Assembly (NCBI GenBank): GCA_032718475.1
Contig: JAUCBJ010000368.1
Coordinates: 59,861 to 123,860 of the forward strand
Origin: Nemertoderma westbladi
Lineage: Eukaryota; Animalia; Xenacoelomorpha
Direction of reading: 5' to 3'
DNA length: 64,000 bases
A program made the position numbers and the translations under genes. A model generated the notes under the pieces. That model had not been told where the DNA came from. It did no database searches and saw only the letters and a program-made list of their open reading frames with translations. Positions within the stretch are counted from its first letter, which is position 1, and every line of letters starts with the position of its first letter. Shown here piece after piece: positions 21,001 through 34,507 of the stretch.

Positions 21001-22036
21001 TGCATTTTGAGCCCAGAAATAATAACATACCAGTCTTCGGCATTAATTGCAATCAAAAGTAAAATATGTACAATAAAAAGTTTCCTATTTTTGTAAGGTT
21101 CGACACCTTTTTAAAAGTCAAATGTTTAAGAAGAATGACGTTTCCCAATGCAGGGTATTTGCGATATTCAGAAAGATTTATAAATTGTCTCATTTATTCA
21201 ACGCGATCTGATGTCAAAAATTCAAATATTTTCGTAAATTTAAAGAAAAACATTCAAAAATCGAGAATGTCCGTAACGTCCGACACCGTGGAATTGCCGA
21301 TTTTTGATAGAGCTAACATGCCTTTGCTTTCCTAACTTCTATGTCTTTTGTGCTACTCTCTATTTGTATTGTAGTTCTGCTGTGGTTCTGCTACACCTAA
21401 TTATTAGCTGCTACTAGTCAACACAGCTAGTATCAGCTATACCTAATCTGTTATCCAATAACTGAGCAGTATCCAATTTTGATGCCATGTTAATTATGTT
21501 TAGATCAATTAAAAAGCCATTTCTTAAGCAAAATTAAAAAAAATAAATGAATGGGGTAGGGGGATTCCAGCTGTATAATTTTTAAGTATAATTAATTTAA
21601 TCTTATGGTAGAAAATAATTAATTTCCATGAAAGGACACGCTGGAAATGACGATTTTTACCGAAATTAACATAATTAACTACAGTAATTAATTAACTGCT
21701 TTTATCTTAGCTTGTCGAAGGCCACACATAAATTATACTTAGAATAGTGTTAAACTTTTGCCAGACTACATGTGTACCAAGTTTGGTTACAATTCATATC
21801 TTATTGATCGAGTTATTAACGTTTAAATATTGGATATGACAGAGCGTCCAACCAATCGTCAGGTTGATTAATGGTACCCATACGCTAAGGCTCACCTTAC
21901 TTCGTGGCTTTCCCCGCTTCTGCTATTTCGGTATCATTAGTCAGCAACCAAACGGTGTTATATTTTGTTATATATTCTCTGTTTAACAATTGGCCTACCG
22001 ATACTGGTAATGTATTCAAGTTTCAATGATTCAATG

Positions 22037-23956
22037 AGGAGGTGAAAAGCAACAAGGGTCGGGAAAAAGGAGCACGGGGGGGCAATAATGGGGAGGTGAA
22101 AAAGGAGAAAGGGGGGGGGGCAAAAAGAGGAGGTGAAAAAGGAACAAAGGGGGAGACAATAAGGGGAGGTAAAAACGGAGCAAGGGGGAGGCTTCAAAGG
22201 GAGGTGAAAAAGGGGGCAAGGGGGCAAGGGGAGGCAACAAAGGGAGGTGAAAAAGAAGCAAGGATGAGGCTTCAAAGGGAGGTGAAAAAGGGGGCAAGGG
22301 GAGTCAACAAAGGGAGGTGAAAAAGGAGCAACGGGGAGGCAACAATGGGATGCAACAATGGGAGGTGAAAAAGGAGCAAGGGAAAGGCAACAACGGGAGG
22401 TGAAAAAGGAGCAAGCGGGAGGCATCAAGGGGCGGTGAAAAAGGAGCAAGGAGGAGGCAACAAAGGGAGGTGAAAAAGGAGCAATAGGAGGAGGCAACAA
22501 AGGGAGGTGAAAAAGGAGCAATAGGAGGAGGCAACATGGGGTGGTGAAAAAGGAGCAAGGGGGAGGCAACAAAGGGAGGTGAAAAAGAAGCAAGGGGAGG
22601 CAACAAAGGGAGGTGAAAAAGGAGCAAGGAGGAGGCAACAATGGGAGGTGAAAAAGGAGCAAGGTGGAGGCAACAAGGCGCGGTGAAAAAGGAGTAAGGA
22701 GCAGGCAACAAAGGGAGATGAAAAGGACCAAGGGGGAGGCAACAAGGGGATTGAAAAAGGAGCAAGGGGGAGGCAAAAAGAGGAGGTGAAAAGGGAGCAA
22801 GGCTGAGGCAACAAAGGGAGGTGAAAAAGGATCAAGGGGGAGGCAATAAGAGGAGGTGAAAAGGGAACAAGAAGGAGGAAACAAGGTGCGGTGAAAAAGG
22901 AACAAGGAGAGGCAACAAGAGGAGGTGGTAAAGGAGCAAGGAGGAGGCAATAAGGTGCGGTGAAAAAGGAGCAAGGGGAGGCAGCAAGAAGAGGTGAAAA
23001 AGGAGCAAGGTGAGCAACAAATGTAGGTGCAATGCAATTTTTAAGAGTACATTTAAAAGTCCAACCCTAGACCAGCTATGCTCCTAAAAAGGAGAAAGGG
23101 GGAGGCAACAAAGGGAGGTGAAAAAGGAGCAAGGAGGAGGCAACAAGGAGTGGTGAAAAGGGAACATGGGGGAGGCAGCAAATGGAGGTAAAAAAGGAGC
23201 AAGTAGGAGGCAACAAGAGGAGGAGTAAAAGAAGCAATGGGATCAACAAAGGGAGGTGAAAAGGGATCAAGCGGGAGGCAACAAGGGGAGGTGAAAAGGG
23301 ACAAGGGGCGTTGAAAAAGGAGCAAGGGGGGCAATAATGGGAGACGAAAAAGAAGCAAGGAGGAGGCAACAAGGAGAGGTGAAAAAGGAACATGGGGGAG
23401 GCAAGAAGAGGCGGTGAAAAAGGAGCAAGGGTAGCCAACAAGGGGCGGTGAAAAAGGGGCAAGGGCAAGGAGGAGGCAACAGTGGGAGGTGAAAAGGGAG
23501 CAAGGAGGAGGCAACAAAGGGAGGTGAAAAAGGAGCAAAGGGGAGGCAACAAAGGGAGGTGAAAAAGGAGTAAGGGGGAGGCAACAACGGGAGGTGAAAA
23601 AGGAGCAAGGTGAAGGCAACAAGGGGCGGTGAAGAGGAGGTGAAAAGGGAGCAAGGCTGAGGCAACAAAGGGAGGTGAAAAAGGAGCAAGGGGGAGGCAA
23701 TAAGAGGAGGTGAAAAGGGAACAAGGAGGAGGCAACAAGGTGCGGTGAAAAAGGAACAAGGGGAGGCAACAAGAGGAGGTGAAAAATGAGCAAGGAGGAG
23801 GCAATAAGGTGCGGTGAAAAAGGAGCAAGGAGGAGGAAACAAGGGGAGGTGAAAAAGGAGCAAGGGGAGGCAGCAAGAGCAGGTGAAAAAGGATCAAGGG
23901 GAGCAACAAATGTAGGTGCAATGCAATTTTTAAGAGTACATTTAAAAGTCCAACCC
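22037..23956. repeat. Purine-rich minisatellite (about 33-bp unit GGGAGGTGAAAAAGGAGCAAGGGGGAGGCAACAA) with a ~0.9-kb block duplication
   Basis: Degenerate tandem units. The unique boundary AACAAATGTAGGTGCAATGCAATTTTTAAGAGTACATTTAAAAGTCCAACCC occurs at about 23016 and 23905. Confidence 0.92.
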
Positions 23957-24028
23957 AAGGCCCAGTATGCTTAGAACAGCAATTGTACATTTACAGTAAG
24001 GCTAATTGTCATAATAAGTGCTGCTTAC

Positions 24029-24401
24029 GGTGGTAGGCGCCGCCATGTCCAGTAATAACTGATAACCAGTCCAAACATTCATTATCACCACCATAGAATG
24101 AGAAAATTTCCTTCCGCCTCTTCAAATGCGTATTTCTGTTGCGTTTGCAAGATAACTTGATCCCAGATAAATTACCGGTATCCACATCAACTTGTACTGC
24201 TTCGTAATCTTCAAGATCATAGAGGCGATGTCCTTTCTCGACTTTTCCCGTTCTATTCAAACCCAACTGCAGTTTGCCATCACAATTTCTTGTAATTTCT
24301 CCCCAATACGACTTCATTCTTCCCACTTTATGTTTGTTGATGATTCCTTCCTTTTCAAAATTTAACGGTAGAATGTATTGTGTTTCGTCGTCGTCTCTTC
24401 G
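24029..24401 (-). CDS. Candidate exon encoding a PH-like domain
   Basis: TATAG acceptor and GTAAGC donor, 373 nt open. KEGIINKHKVGRMKSYW...FSFYGGDNECLDWLSVIT resembles the PH-domain start and the C-terminal Trp helix. Confidence 0.55.
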
Positions 24402-25425
24402 CTATAAATAAATAAATAGTTACTTAAGTAAGTGGCCACTATCTGAATTTGACTTAATTTGACTTATTTTAATAATTTATATAAGAGAAATTGATACTGT
24501 AATAAGACAAAATAAAATGACTACAGATACGCCATGCAGCTAGAATTTACTTGCTAACTTCAGGGTTTAGATAGAAGACACAATGGAAAAGTCATGGTAA
24601 ATGAAAAAATAAACATTTTGTAAAAATTTTAGTAATTTTTTTATCGTTTAAACGCTCTGAACGTTTAGGTATTTTTTAAAATAGGTTCCTTTCAGTCTAT
24701 CTTTAATTTCAGAGTACCGGTACATAGGTTGTTATTAGGTCGCTTCTGCTATTTTTCATAATTAAAAACGTACGTCTTGAGGTCCCCACGTTTATCCATT
24801 TATTTGAAAGGTGTCATACATGTGTTATACAAAGTTTAACTAACCTGAACCATCAGTCAACATTTTTAATAATAATGGTGTAATAATCATAACAATGCTC
24901 ATATAATGCTAAATTAGCTGCCGCAGTTTAAGCGACTATATATTTCCAATTAGGTTAATTAAGCAAGCAGTCCATACATTTGCAAATAATTATTAGCAAT
25001 TAATTATTTTATTTAAATTAATTCATTAAAACGCAAAATTGCGACACTTGCTAACATTAAGAATTATCGAATTAGTAATAAAATTGATGTCATACTTTGG
25101 AGGTACAAAAATAAAAGTGATAAATTTAATTAATAATAAAAATAATTTCACTAAATATTTAATTAATTGATTTCCATTGTGTTTACTATGTAATCTAAAT
25201 CCTCATGTTAGCTACCGTAGTAAATTCTGTATGTCATATAGTTTATGAGGCCTTGGTCGGGGTAAATAGAAAACTATAACTGTTCTAGAATATTTTTTTA
25301 GGAAAAAATATTCTTTGTATTTAAATGAAATGGGAAATTTAAAAGGTCATGGAGTGAATAGAATGGGAAATTATTGGAGGATAATACTTTTAAAATTTAT
25401 GGCAATATAACCAGGGCGCAAAGTT

Positions 25426-26105
25426 TGTAAGCGGATTCAATTCCGCCTCATTACCCACCAGAAAATGGGGTAGTGGCATTTTCAGCAATATGTTGGAGAT
25501 ACGATATTAGCAATATTAATCTCGTATCACCACCAACATTTGGGGGGGGGGGGGGGCAACACAAGCCCCCGAAGCCACACACAAAGGAAGGTTAGAGGTC
25601 AAACCACCTCGGAGGGGACACAGCTAGTAGAGGCTAGAAGCAGAGGGGAAACACTCCCAGAGAGTGAAAGGGTGACAAGTAGAACATTAGCCAATAAGGG
25701 GGGAGGAAAGCACGTGGTAGGGCACAAAAGAGCATCCATTAGGTAACAGGCCAGAGTAGCGTAGGAAGTGAAGCAATATTGGTATATCAATCATATATTA
25801 CCTCTCGTTACCGGTTTGTGATTCAGTTAGTTAGTTACCCAGTTTCAGTGCAGACTGATAACATTGTTTCACCGTCATCAACATCGGCTATCAGTCGTAT
25901 GTTACTATTACCGGTATTAATCATGAACACTTATCTGCCATCCTATTAATTGTGCTATTATTATTATTATATTACAACGCCAAGGAACAACATCAACTCT
26001 GAACGCTTTTCTCCAACGGCCTCGGCCAAGCTATCAGTAACACCATCCAAGCCTGCGGTGACGCGTATAACAACCTACCCAGTCGGGATCTCTAATCCCG
26101 TCACA
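25426..26105 (+). mobile_element. Solo LTR of a related BEL/Pao family
   Basis: TGTAAGCGGATTCAATTCCGCC...CGGGATCTCTAATCCCGTCACA, whose termini resemble the LTR at 13709-14245. TSD AAGTT at 25421-25425 and 26106-26110. Confidence 0.88.
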
Positions 26106-26499
26106 AAGTTTGAAAACCTGTTATTCGGGACAATAAGGGGCTCTCATATTTAGATTTGATAGACAATAATATTGAAATAGTGAGAGTATCAAATATTTAA
26201 CAATCCAATTTAACAATTCAATTTGGTTACCTACCTGTTTCATGGTAATGATAATTATGAAAAATTAGAATAATTGTTAACCAAATATAAAACTATAAAA
26301 CAATTTATATTCGGTCTTATAATGAATATTATTATAATATTCACCCATAACACCAATAATAAATTAACAAGGTCAATATTATTATGAGTGCCTAGTTGGA
26401 TTTTTTAGTCTCTATCTCTCTCATCCTCTTTCTCGATGCTCCTCCATCGCCTCTGCTTTGGTGTCTGTGATCTATTTATTTATCTGTTAAGACCACTTT

Positions 26500-29400
26500 A
26501 GAGAAGATACACTTAGCATATCTCATCATGCCATTTTCTTTCTTATCCTCCTCAGTCCCTGGGACATCACTCGCATTTCCTCTTCCATTTCGTCTGAAAA
26601 TTTTGAGTCCAAGAAATTGCGGAATTGATGCTGCGTGTTCCAGGTCCATTTATCCAGTAAATAGTTTAGTAAAAGGTTTATAAAGTAAATAGTTAAGTCG
26701 TTTCAAGCCCCGCTTTGCTCGCCGCCATCAACACTTCCATGTATATGAAATGGAATGCTCAGCGTGCGATCATGGTACAACTGAGCTTCTCATTTACATG
26801 AAAGAAGCCCGTATGGAAGTCTCGGGCTTTCACCATATTAGTTGTCATTGCTCTGTAATTCATGAATCTCTTGAACCAATTAAACTTGACTTCCACTCTA
26901 GCCCCTTTGCAAGAAGCCGACATATGACGCGCTACCGGCACTTGCTCTATTAGCAGAGTATGGCACGCTCTCAATATTTATCGTGTGCCACTCCACGTAT
27001 TCATAGACAGTTTTTCCATTTATTTGACCTCCTCCCAAAATAGTCACATCTGAAGAACATGATTCCTCTATCACATCACTGATGTAAAAGGTTGATGGTC
27101 CCAGTTTTTCAGATTTCCTGAAGTCTGGTTCCAGTCCATGGTCAGGTGAATTGGTACTCCAGCCACTCCTGCCAGGGACATCGTAGTTGCGGAATCACGA
27201 AGCTGCCCACAATCCTTTGCTGAGTTTCTACCAGAATGCCGATGCCTGCAGGGCCATTACGACTGGGCCAATCTCCTCTATCGGCGGGATCTCTCCGAAT
27301 TCCTCTAAATATACCTCTCCTCACCTCCAGTAAATTGGTTATGCCGGTTGTTTGTATCAGTCTTAGCTTTGGTGAGGATTGATCCCATGCCTGCGAGGAG
27401 CACATGCATGAACCAAATCTAACCTCAGAGTCCTAGTCAAACTTCATCGCGTAGTTGTACTCCTTATAGAGTGACATCCTAAAGCACTGTAACTCAATTT
27501 CGTCCTCTTCCTTTTGCCGTCTCCTTTCCGCTTTGTATTTCATACACCATCCGGGGATGGGTAGGTTTAACAGGTGTTTAGGATTATAAAGTACCATTTG
27601 ATCCCAGGGAAATCTACTAGGGTGCTGAGTGCTATCTTCACAACAGTCCTTCAGATTAGTGTCACCTCTCTAGAATCATAGGCCTCCAGTGCCTTTCAAA
27701 GGGCGACTATCATGAATATATTGATGTATTGAATATATTGAATTGAATATTGATTGAATAATAAGATTGAATATATTGAGTCCAAGCATTATCCTGGAGA
27801 ATGCATCTTAGTTGGCATGTCTTCGGCTCACTGTCTACTCAGTATTATTTATCAACTTGTATGGCTAAGCTAAACTAAGCTGTGGAGCTTGACGAATGCT
27901 GTTGCTCCGTAGGTGCTAATGACGTCTGTTAGACCCAATCCATGGGTCCTAGTAGAACACCTGTGCATCGAACAGGTTGAGTATTTATGGTCCGATTATC
28001 CATTCAATGAATGTCTTGAATATTGAACCAAACTTAATTATATCTCATATTCTACCTACTTCCACACCGCATGAGGTTTTCTTCCTTAACATTGGTGTTG
28101 TGGCCTCGATGTCGAAGAAAAAGATCTCTCCTTTGGGAGCCATGAGGTGAAGGAGTATCGTTCATCGAACTTCCTTCCCTTTGGAATCCTACATTATGTC
28201 TTCCAACATCTGTTGATCATTATTTACTGACACCACTAAATTCTTCCTTTAATTCTTTGGCGAATCCCAGCCATCTTCTCCATTCACTTTGTGACATCGT
28301 ATAGATGTTTCGCCCTGCATCATCGTGAGATGGTACACCATATGTCCCAACCAATAATCGCCTCTACTGTTCTTCTTGAAAGTGCTCTTGGTGTTTCGTG
28401 ACTACGTTTTGTCACAGGAGACATTGGTTTGGATATACTTCCTGGTGATGCGTTCCAGTCTCCATACCGCCTTATCAATCACTGCTGATTCCTGTGGAGC
28501 ACTCCTTTGCTAATTTGCACTAATTATGCCAAGACCCTACTGCTCCGAGCACATCCCAGAATCCAGCCAACACACTATAATACCTGGTCTGGTCAGGTAT
28601 TCTAGGTAATTTATCAAGAAAACTTGCCACCTCCATGCAGCATAAAGGAGGAGTCACCTGTGGCTGCACATAGACCTTCATACTAAGGGTAAATCTGGTC
28701 CTTTAACTAGGACCCCCTTCGTTTGGGAGGGGGACGCCCTTGGTCCTTTGGTATATCCGTTGGTATATGACCTGACCAGGCAGATGGTGATTTACCAATG
28801 GCTGGTCAAGATTAGAGTGTTCTCATCTCCAATTTGAGTGCACTTCACTGCGACCTACACATGGCAGCAGGGGTACAGGGCACGGCCAAGAAGATGAGCT
28901 GCATAGCAACTAGGGGATCATGTGCATCAGAGTAGGTATGGGCCTCCTGGCTCCACTGCGACACCCACCCTGTGGAATGGCAAACTAGGGTGTGGTATTT
29001 GCTCGGAGAGCTGACTTAGCAAAAATGCACCTCCAACACAACCCCCACTATGGATTACATTATTAATGCGGTAATGCTTGAGGCCAGTAGAATTACCGGA
29101 CACAATTGGCCTCACAGGCATCAGAAATCTCCTGACCGGCTGCCTGTCTCACCCCCTACTGGAGAGAGAGCCAACAATTCTGTGAGTCCCTTACCTGATG
29201 GCCATTCTGGGTCATCCTTTTTGGGTCAACAGGGAGAGGGATTCTGGAGTACTCTCATATTCCACCCCGACAAAACTAAGCTATTACTGGTGAACCTGAG
29301 GCAAGTTAAGAGACTAGCCTCACCCTAACACTACTCGGCTCCCCAATAATGAGATAAGGTAAGAAGAGTGCCTTGGCAGATAAGCTTTCTCTTAGCGCAG

Positions 29401-29700
29401 TTGGTATTCAATAGCAGCGAATGCAGACTGGACAGACTGATGAGGTTCTGATGAAGGACATGGGGGCGGTTGGCGACTTCCTCTCGCATGAGCAGATGAT
29501 AATGGGAATGGCGGAATTGGTCTATTGATGAATCGAACTGAACATGCAGCATTGGACAAAGTAGACCAAATCTCTAACCGCATCACCCATTGCCACTTCT
29601 CATGTTCTGGAAGACTGGCAAAGAAGTTTCCCAAGGTGGTTCTCATTGTGTGCACGCATGTCCTTAAGATCATCATAATGATGATGGGGTGGTGGTAACT
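26500..29700 (-). pseudogene. Heavily degraded retroelement-like sequence (possibly Penelope-like RT)
   Basis: Moderately GC-rich block with broken frames. An RT-like FFFDIEA motif lies near 28105-28125. Boundaries are approximate. Confidence 0.25.
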
Positions 29701-30036
29701 CCACCTACTGGCTCCAGAAGTCGAGGAAATATGTAGTAGTATTGTGTAGAAACAATCCCCACATATTGATAAACATTCTAATGATTTAAACATTTTAGAA
29801 CTACCTGAAAATTTAAGAAAAGAGGAGAGTACGATCAAATTTGCTAAATCTTGTGGTTGTTACCCTCAAATAAATCTAACCAAACTTTTGAAAAACGTAA
29901 TGTAACTAGCTAATAAATGAATAAGTAGTTAATAAACATAGTTTAGCTATAAATAAAACAAAATACAAATGATGAGTCCAGTTAATGTCATATTCAAATT
30001 TTCAATTTTTGCTTATACATACCATAGTAATTCCCA

Positions 30037-33000
30037 CGAGCACTATCCTAAACTCCAGCCGACACCTCACTGCCGCAAGCACTATCCTAAACTCCAGCAG
30101 ACACCCTAATACTGCCCCAAGCACTACCCCGAATCCAGCTGACACCTCACTGCCCCAATCAATATCCCAAACTCCAGCCGACACCTCACTGCCGCAAGCA
30201 CTATCCTAAACTCCAGCAGACACCCTACTATTACCCCAAGCACTACCACGAACTCCAGCCGACACCTCACTGCTATTCCAAACTCCAGCCGATACCTCAC
30301 TGCCCCAAACAATATCCCAAACTCCAGCCGACACCTCACTGCCCCAAGCACTATTCCAAACTCTGGCCAACATCTCACTGCCGCAAGCACTATCCTAAAC
30401 TCCAGCCGACACCCTAATACTGCCCCAAGCACTACCCCGAATCCAGCTGACACCTCACTGCCTCAAGCACTATTCCACACTCCAGCCGACATCTCACTGC
30501 CGCAAGCACTATCCTAAACTCCAGCAGACACCCTACTATTACCCCAAGCACTACCACGAACTCCAGCCGACACCTCACTGCTATTCCAAACTCCAGCCGA
30601 TACCTCACTGCCCCAAACAATATCCCAAACTCCAGCCGACACCTCACTGCCCCAAGCACTATTCCAAACTCTGGCCAACATCTCACTGCCGCAAGCACTA
30701 TCCTAAACTCCAGCCGACACCCTAATACTGCCCCAAGCACTACCCCGAATCCAGCTGACACCTCACTGCCTCAAGCACTATTCCACACTCCAGCCGACAT
30801 CTCACTGCCGCAAGCACTATCCTAAACTCCAACCGACACCCTAATACTGCCCCAAGCATTACCCCGAACTCCAGCCGACACCTCACTGCCCCAAGCACTA
30901 TTCCAAACTCTGGCCAACACCTCACTGCTGCAAGCACTATTCCAAACTGTGGCCAACATCTCACTGCCGCAAGCACTATCCTAAACTCCAGCAGACACCC
31001 TACTATTACCCCAAGCACTACCACGAACTCCAGCCGACACCTCACTGCCGCAAGCACTATTCCAAACTCCAGCCGACACCTCACTGCCCCAAATAATATC
31101 CCAAACTCCAGCCGACACCTCACTGCTGCAAGCACTATTCCAAACTCCAGCCGACACCTCACTGCCCCAAACAATATCCCAAACTCCAGCCGACACCTCA
31201 CTGCTGCAAACACTATTCCAAACTCCAGCCGACACCTCACTGCCCCAAACAATATCCCAAACTCCAGCCGACACCTCACTGCCGCAAGCAATATCCTAAA
31301 CTCCAGCCGACACCCTACTACTGCCCCAAGCACTACCCCGAACTCCAGCCGACACCTCACTGCTGCAAGCACTATTCCAAACTCCAGCCGACACCTCACT
31401 GCCCCAAACAATATCCCAAACTCCAGCCGACACCTCACTGCTGCAAACACTATTCCAAACTCCAGCCGACACCTCACTGCCTCAAACAATATCCCAAACT
31501 CCAGCCGACACCTCATTGCCGCAAGCACTATCCTAAACTCCAGCCGACACCTCACTGCCGCAAGCACTATTCCAAACTCTAGCCGACACCTCACTGCCCC
31601 AAATAATATCCCAAATTCCAGCCGACACCTCACTGCTGCAAGCACTATTCCAAACTCCAGCCGACACCTCACTGCCCCAAACAATATCCCAAACTCCAGC
31701 CGACACCTCACTGCCGCAAGCACTATTCCAACTCCAGACGACACCTCACTGCCCCAAGCACTATTCCAAACTCTGGCCAACACCTCACTGCCGCAAGTAC
31801 TATTCCAAACTCTCGCCAACACCTCACTGCCGCAAGCACTATTCCAAACTCGGGCCAACACCGCACTGCCGCAAGCACTATTCCAAACTCTGGCTAAGAC
31901 CACACTTCCGCAAGCACTATTCCAAACTCTAGCCAACACCTCACTGCCCTAAACAATATCCCAAACTCCAGCCGACACCTCACTGTCGCAAACACTATTC
32001 CAAACTCCAGCCGACACCTCACTGCCCCAAGCACTATTCCAAACTCTGGCCAACACCTCACTGCCGCAAGTACTATTCCAAACTCTCGCCATCACCTCAC
32101 TGCCGCAAGCACTATTCCAAACTCGGGCCAACACCGCACTGCCGCAAGCACTATTCCAAACTCTGGCTAAGACCACACTTCCGCAAGCACTATTCCAAAC
32201 TCTGGCCAACACCTCACTGCCCTAAACAATATCCCAAACTCCAGCCGACACCTCACTGTCGCAAACACTATTCCAAACTCCAGCCGACACCTCACTGCCC
32301 CAAGCACTATTCCAAACTCTGGCCAACACCTCACTGCCGCAAGTACTATTCCAAACTCTCGCCAACACCTCACTGCCGCAAGCACTATTCCAAACTCGGC
32401 CGAGACCTCACTGCCCCAAGCACTATTCCAAACTCTGGCCAACACCTCACTGCTGCAAGCACTATTCCAAACTGTGGCCAACATCTCACTGCCACAAGCA
32501 CTATCCTAAACTCCAGTCGACACCCTACTATTGCCCTAAGCACTACCACGAACTCCAGCCGACACTTCACTGCCGCAAGTACTATTCCAAACTCTCGCCA
32601 ACACCTCACTGCCGCAAGCACTATTCCAAACTCGGCCGAGACCTCACTGCCCCAAGCACTATTCCAAACTCTGGCCAACATCTCACTGCCGCAAGCACTA
32701 TCCTAAACTCCAGCCGACACCTTACAACTGCCCCAACCACTACCACGAACTCCAGCCGACACCTCACTGCTATTCCAAACTCCAGCCGATACCTCACTGC
32801 CCCAAACAATATCCCAAACTCCAGCCGACACCTCACTGCCCCAAGCACTATTCCCAACTCTGGCCAACACCTCACTGCCGCAATCACTATCCTAAACTCC
32901 ACCCGACACCCTACAACTGCCCCAACCACTATCACGAACTCCAGCCGACACCTCACTGCTATTCCAAACTCCAGCCGATACCTCACTGCCCCAAACAATC

Positions 33001-33850
33001 TCCCAAACTCCAGCCGACACCTCACTGCCCCAAGCACTATTCCAAACTCTGGCCAACATCTCACTGCCGCAAGCACTATCCTAAACTCCAGCCGACACCC
33101 TAATACTGCCCCAAGCACTACCCCGAATCCAGCTGACACCTCACTGCCTCAAGCACTATTCCACACTCCAGCCGACATCTCACTGCCGCAAGCACTATTC
33201 CAAACTCTGGCCAACATCTCACTGCCGCAAGCACTATCCTAAACTCCAGCCGACACCTCACTGCCCCAAGCACTACCCCGAATCCAGCTGACACCTCACT
33301 GCCTCAAGCACTATTCCACACTCCAGCCGACATCTCACTGCCGCAAGCACTATTCCAAACTCTGGCCAACATCTCACTGCCGCAAGCACTATTCCACACT
33401 CCAGCCGACATCTCACTGCCGCAAGCACTATCCTAAACTCCAGCCGACACCCTAATACTGCCCCAAGCACTACCCCGAATCCAGCTGACACCTCACTGCC
33501 TCAAGCACTATTCCACACTCCAGCCGACATCTCACTGCCGCAAGCACTATTCCAAACTCTGGCCAACATCTCACTGCCGCAAGCACTATTCCACACTCCA
33601 GCCGACATCTCACTGCCGCAAGCACTATCCTAAACTCCAACCGACACCCTAATACTGCCCCAAGCATTACCCCGAACTCCAGCCGACACCTCACTGCCCC
33701 AAGCACTATTCCAAACTCTGGCCAACATCTCACTGCCGCAAGCACTATCCTAAACTCCAACCGACACCCTACTACTGCCCCAAGCACTACCCCGAATCCA
33801 GCTGATACCTCACTGCCCCGAACAAAATCCCGATCAAAACCTCACTTTCC
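30037..33850. repeat. 39-bp minisatellite (AACTCCAGCCGACACCTCACTGCCGCAAGCACTATTCCA) with higher-order blocks
   Basis: Nearly 100 tandem units. A 308-bp higher-order period (ORFs at 30124, 30432, 30740) and a 197-bp period (33273, 33470) are visible. Confidence 0.96.
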
Positions 33851-33958
33851 CAGGTATTAGCCCAAACTCGTTTTATTATATTTGATAAAATAAAATTAAC
33901 AAAAATGTGGTACTACAGTACGATAAATTAGGAATGCCAATATCAATACAATACTTGC

Positions 33959-34507
33959 CTTAATACGTAATCCTTGACGGTCCATGAGTTTATGTCGCAT
34001 AATGAAGGTACACAATTTGGGAACATCGGCTTTATCAGAAGCGTGGATTGTAATTCTTTCCATTTCATCTATGCGATTTGTGTTAAATATAACAATACCA
34101 CCCCCCGGACGAGATGAAACGCCGTCAAAACGCTTCGTACTATATACGATGACGTCCCCAGATTTTATCCAAATCAACCATTGCACAAATGTGTTTTTTT
34201 TTTCTTCTTCAAACGGAAACAAAGAGGAATTTGCATCGATTGAGCCGTCAGAATTATTTGCCCATATATTATCAACATTTCCACAACAACTTAAAGAAGG
34301 ATCAAGTTTTAGTTGGTTTCTTAATCTATCATAAGTGATTCCACGATGGCGTATTGGAAGTACCCAGAACGTCGAGCTTATGAGCTGTTCCTCAATATTT
34401 TCTCTATCAATGATTATTGGTAGAACGCCTTTGGATTCTTCAGAGCGTGCAGAGCGATATGTACCTGGCAGCGCCATTTCTAACGCTATCGCAGTACAGT
34501 CCACGTA
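33959..34507 (-). CDS. Candidate 549-nt exon of the PH/CH gene, ending at a GC donor
   Basis: TTTTTAG acceptor, 183 open codons of globular-looking sequence, and an AAG|GCAAGT donor. Phase 0 matches the exon starting at 24401. Confidence 0.55.

Noticed and set aside
21958-23990. Pro/Leu/Phe-rich ORFs
   Set aside because: Translations of the pyrimidine strand of a minisatellite.
29430-29470. Hammerhead ribozyme core (CTGATGA twice)
   Set aside because: No properly placed GAAA or supporting stems.
29985-33787. Mucin-like or repeat-protein gene in the 39-bp array
   Set aside because: Frequent non-triplet indels break every frame and no flanking coding context is evident.
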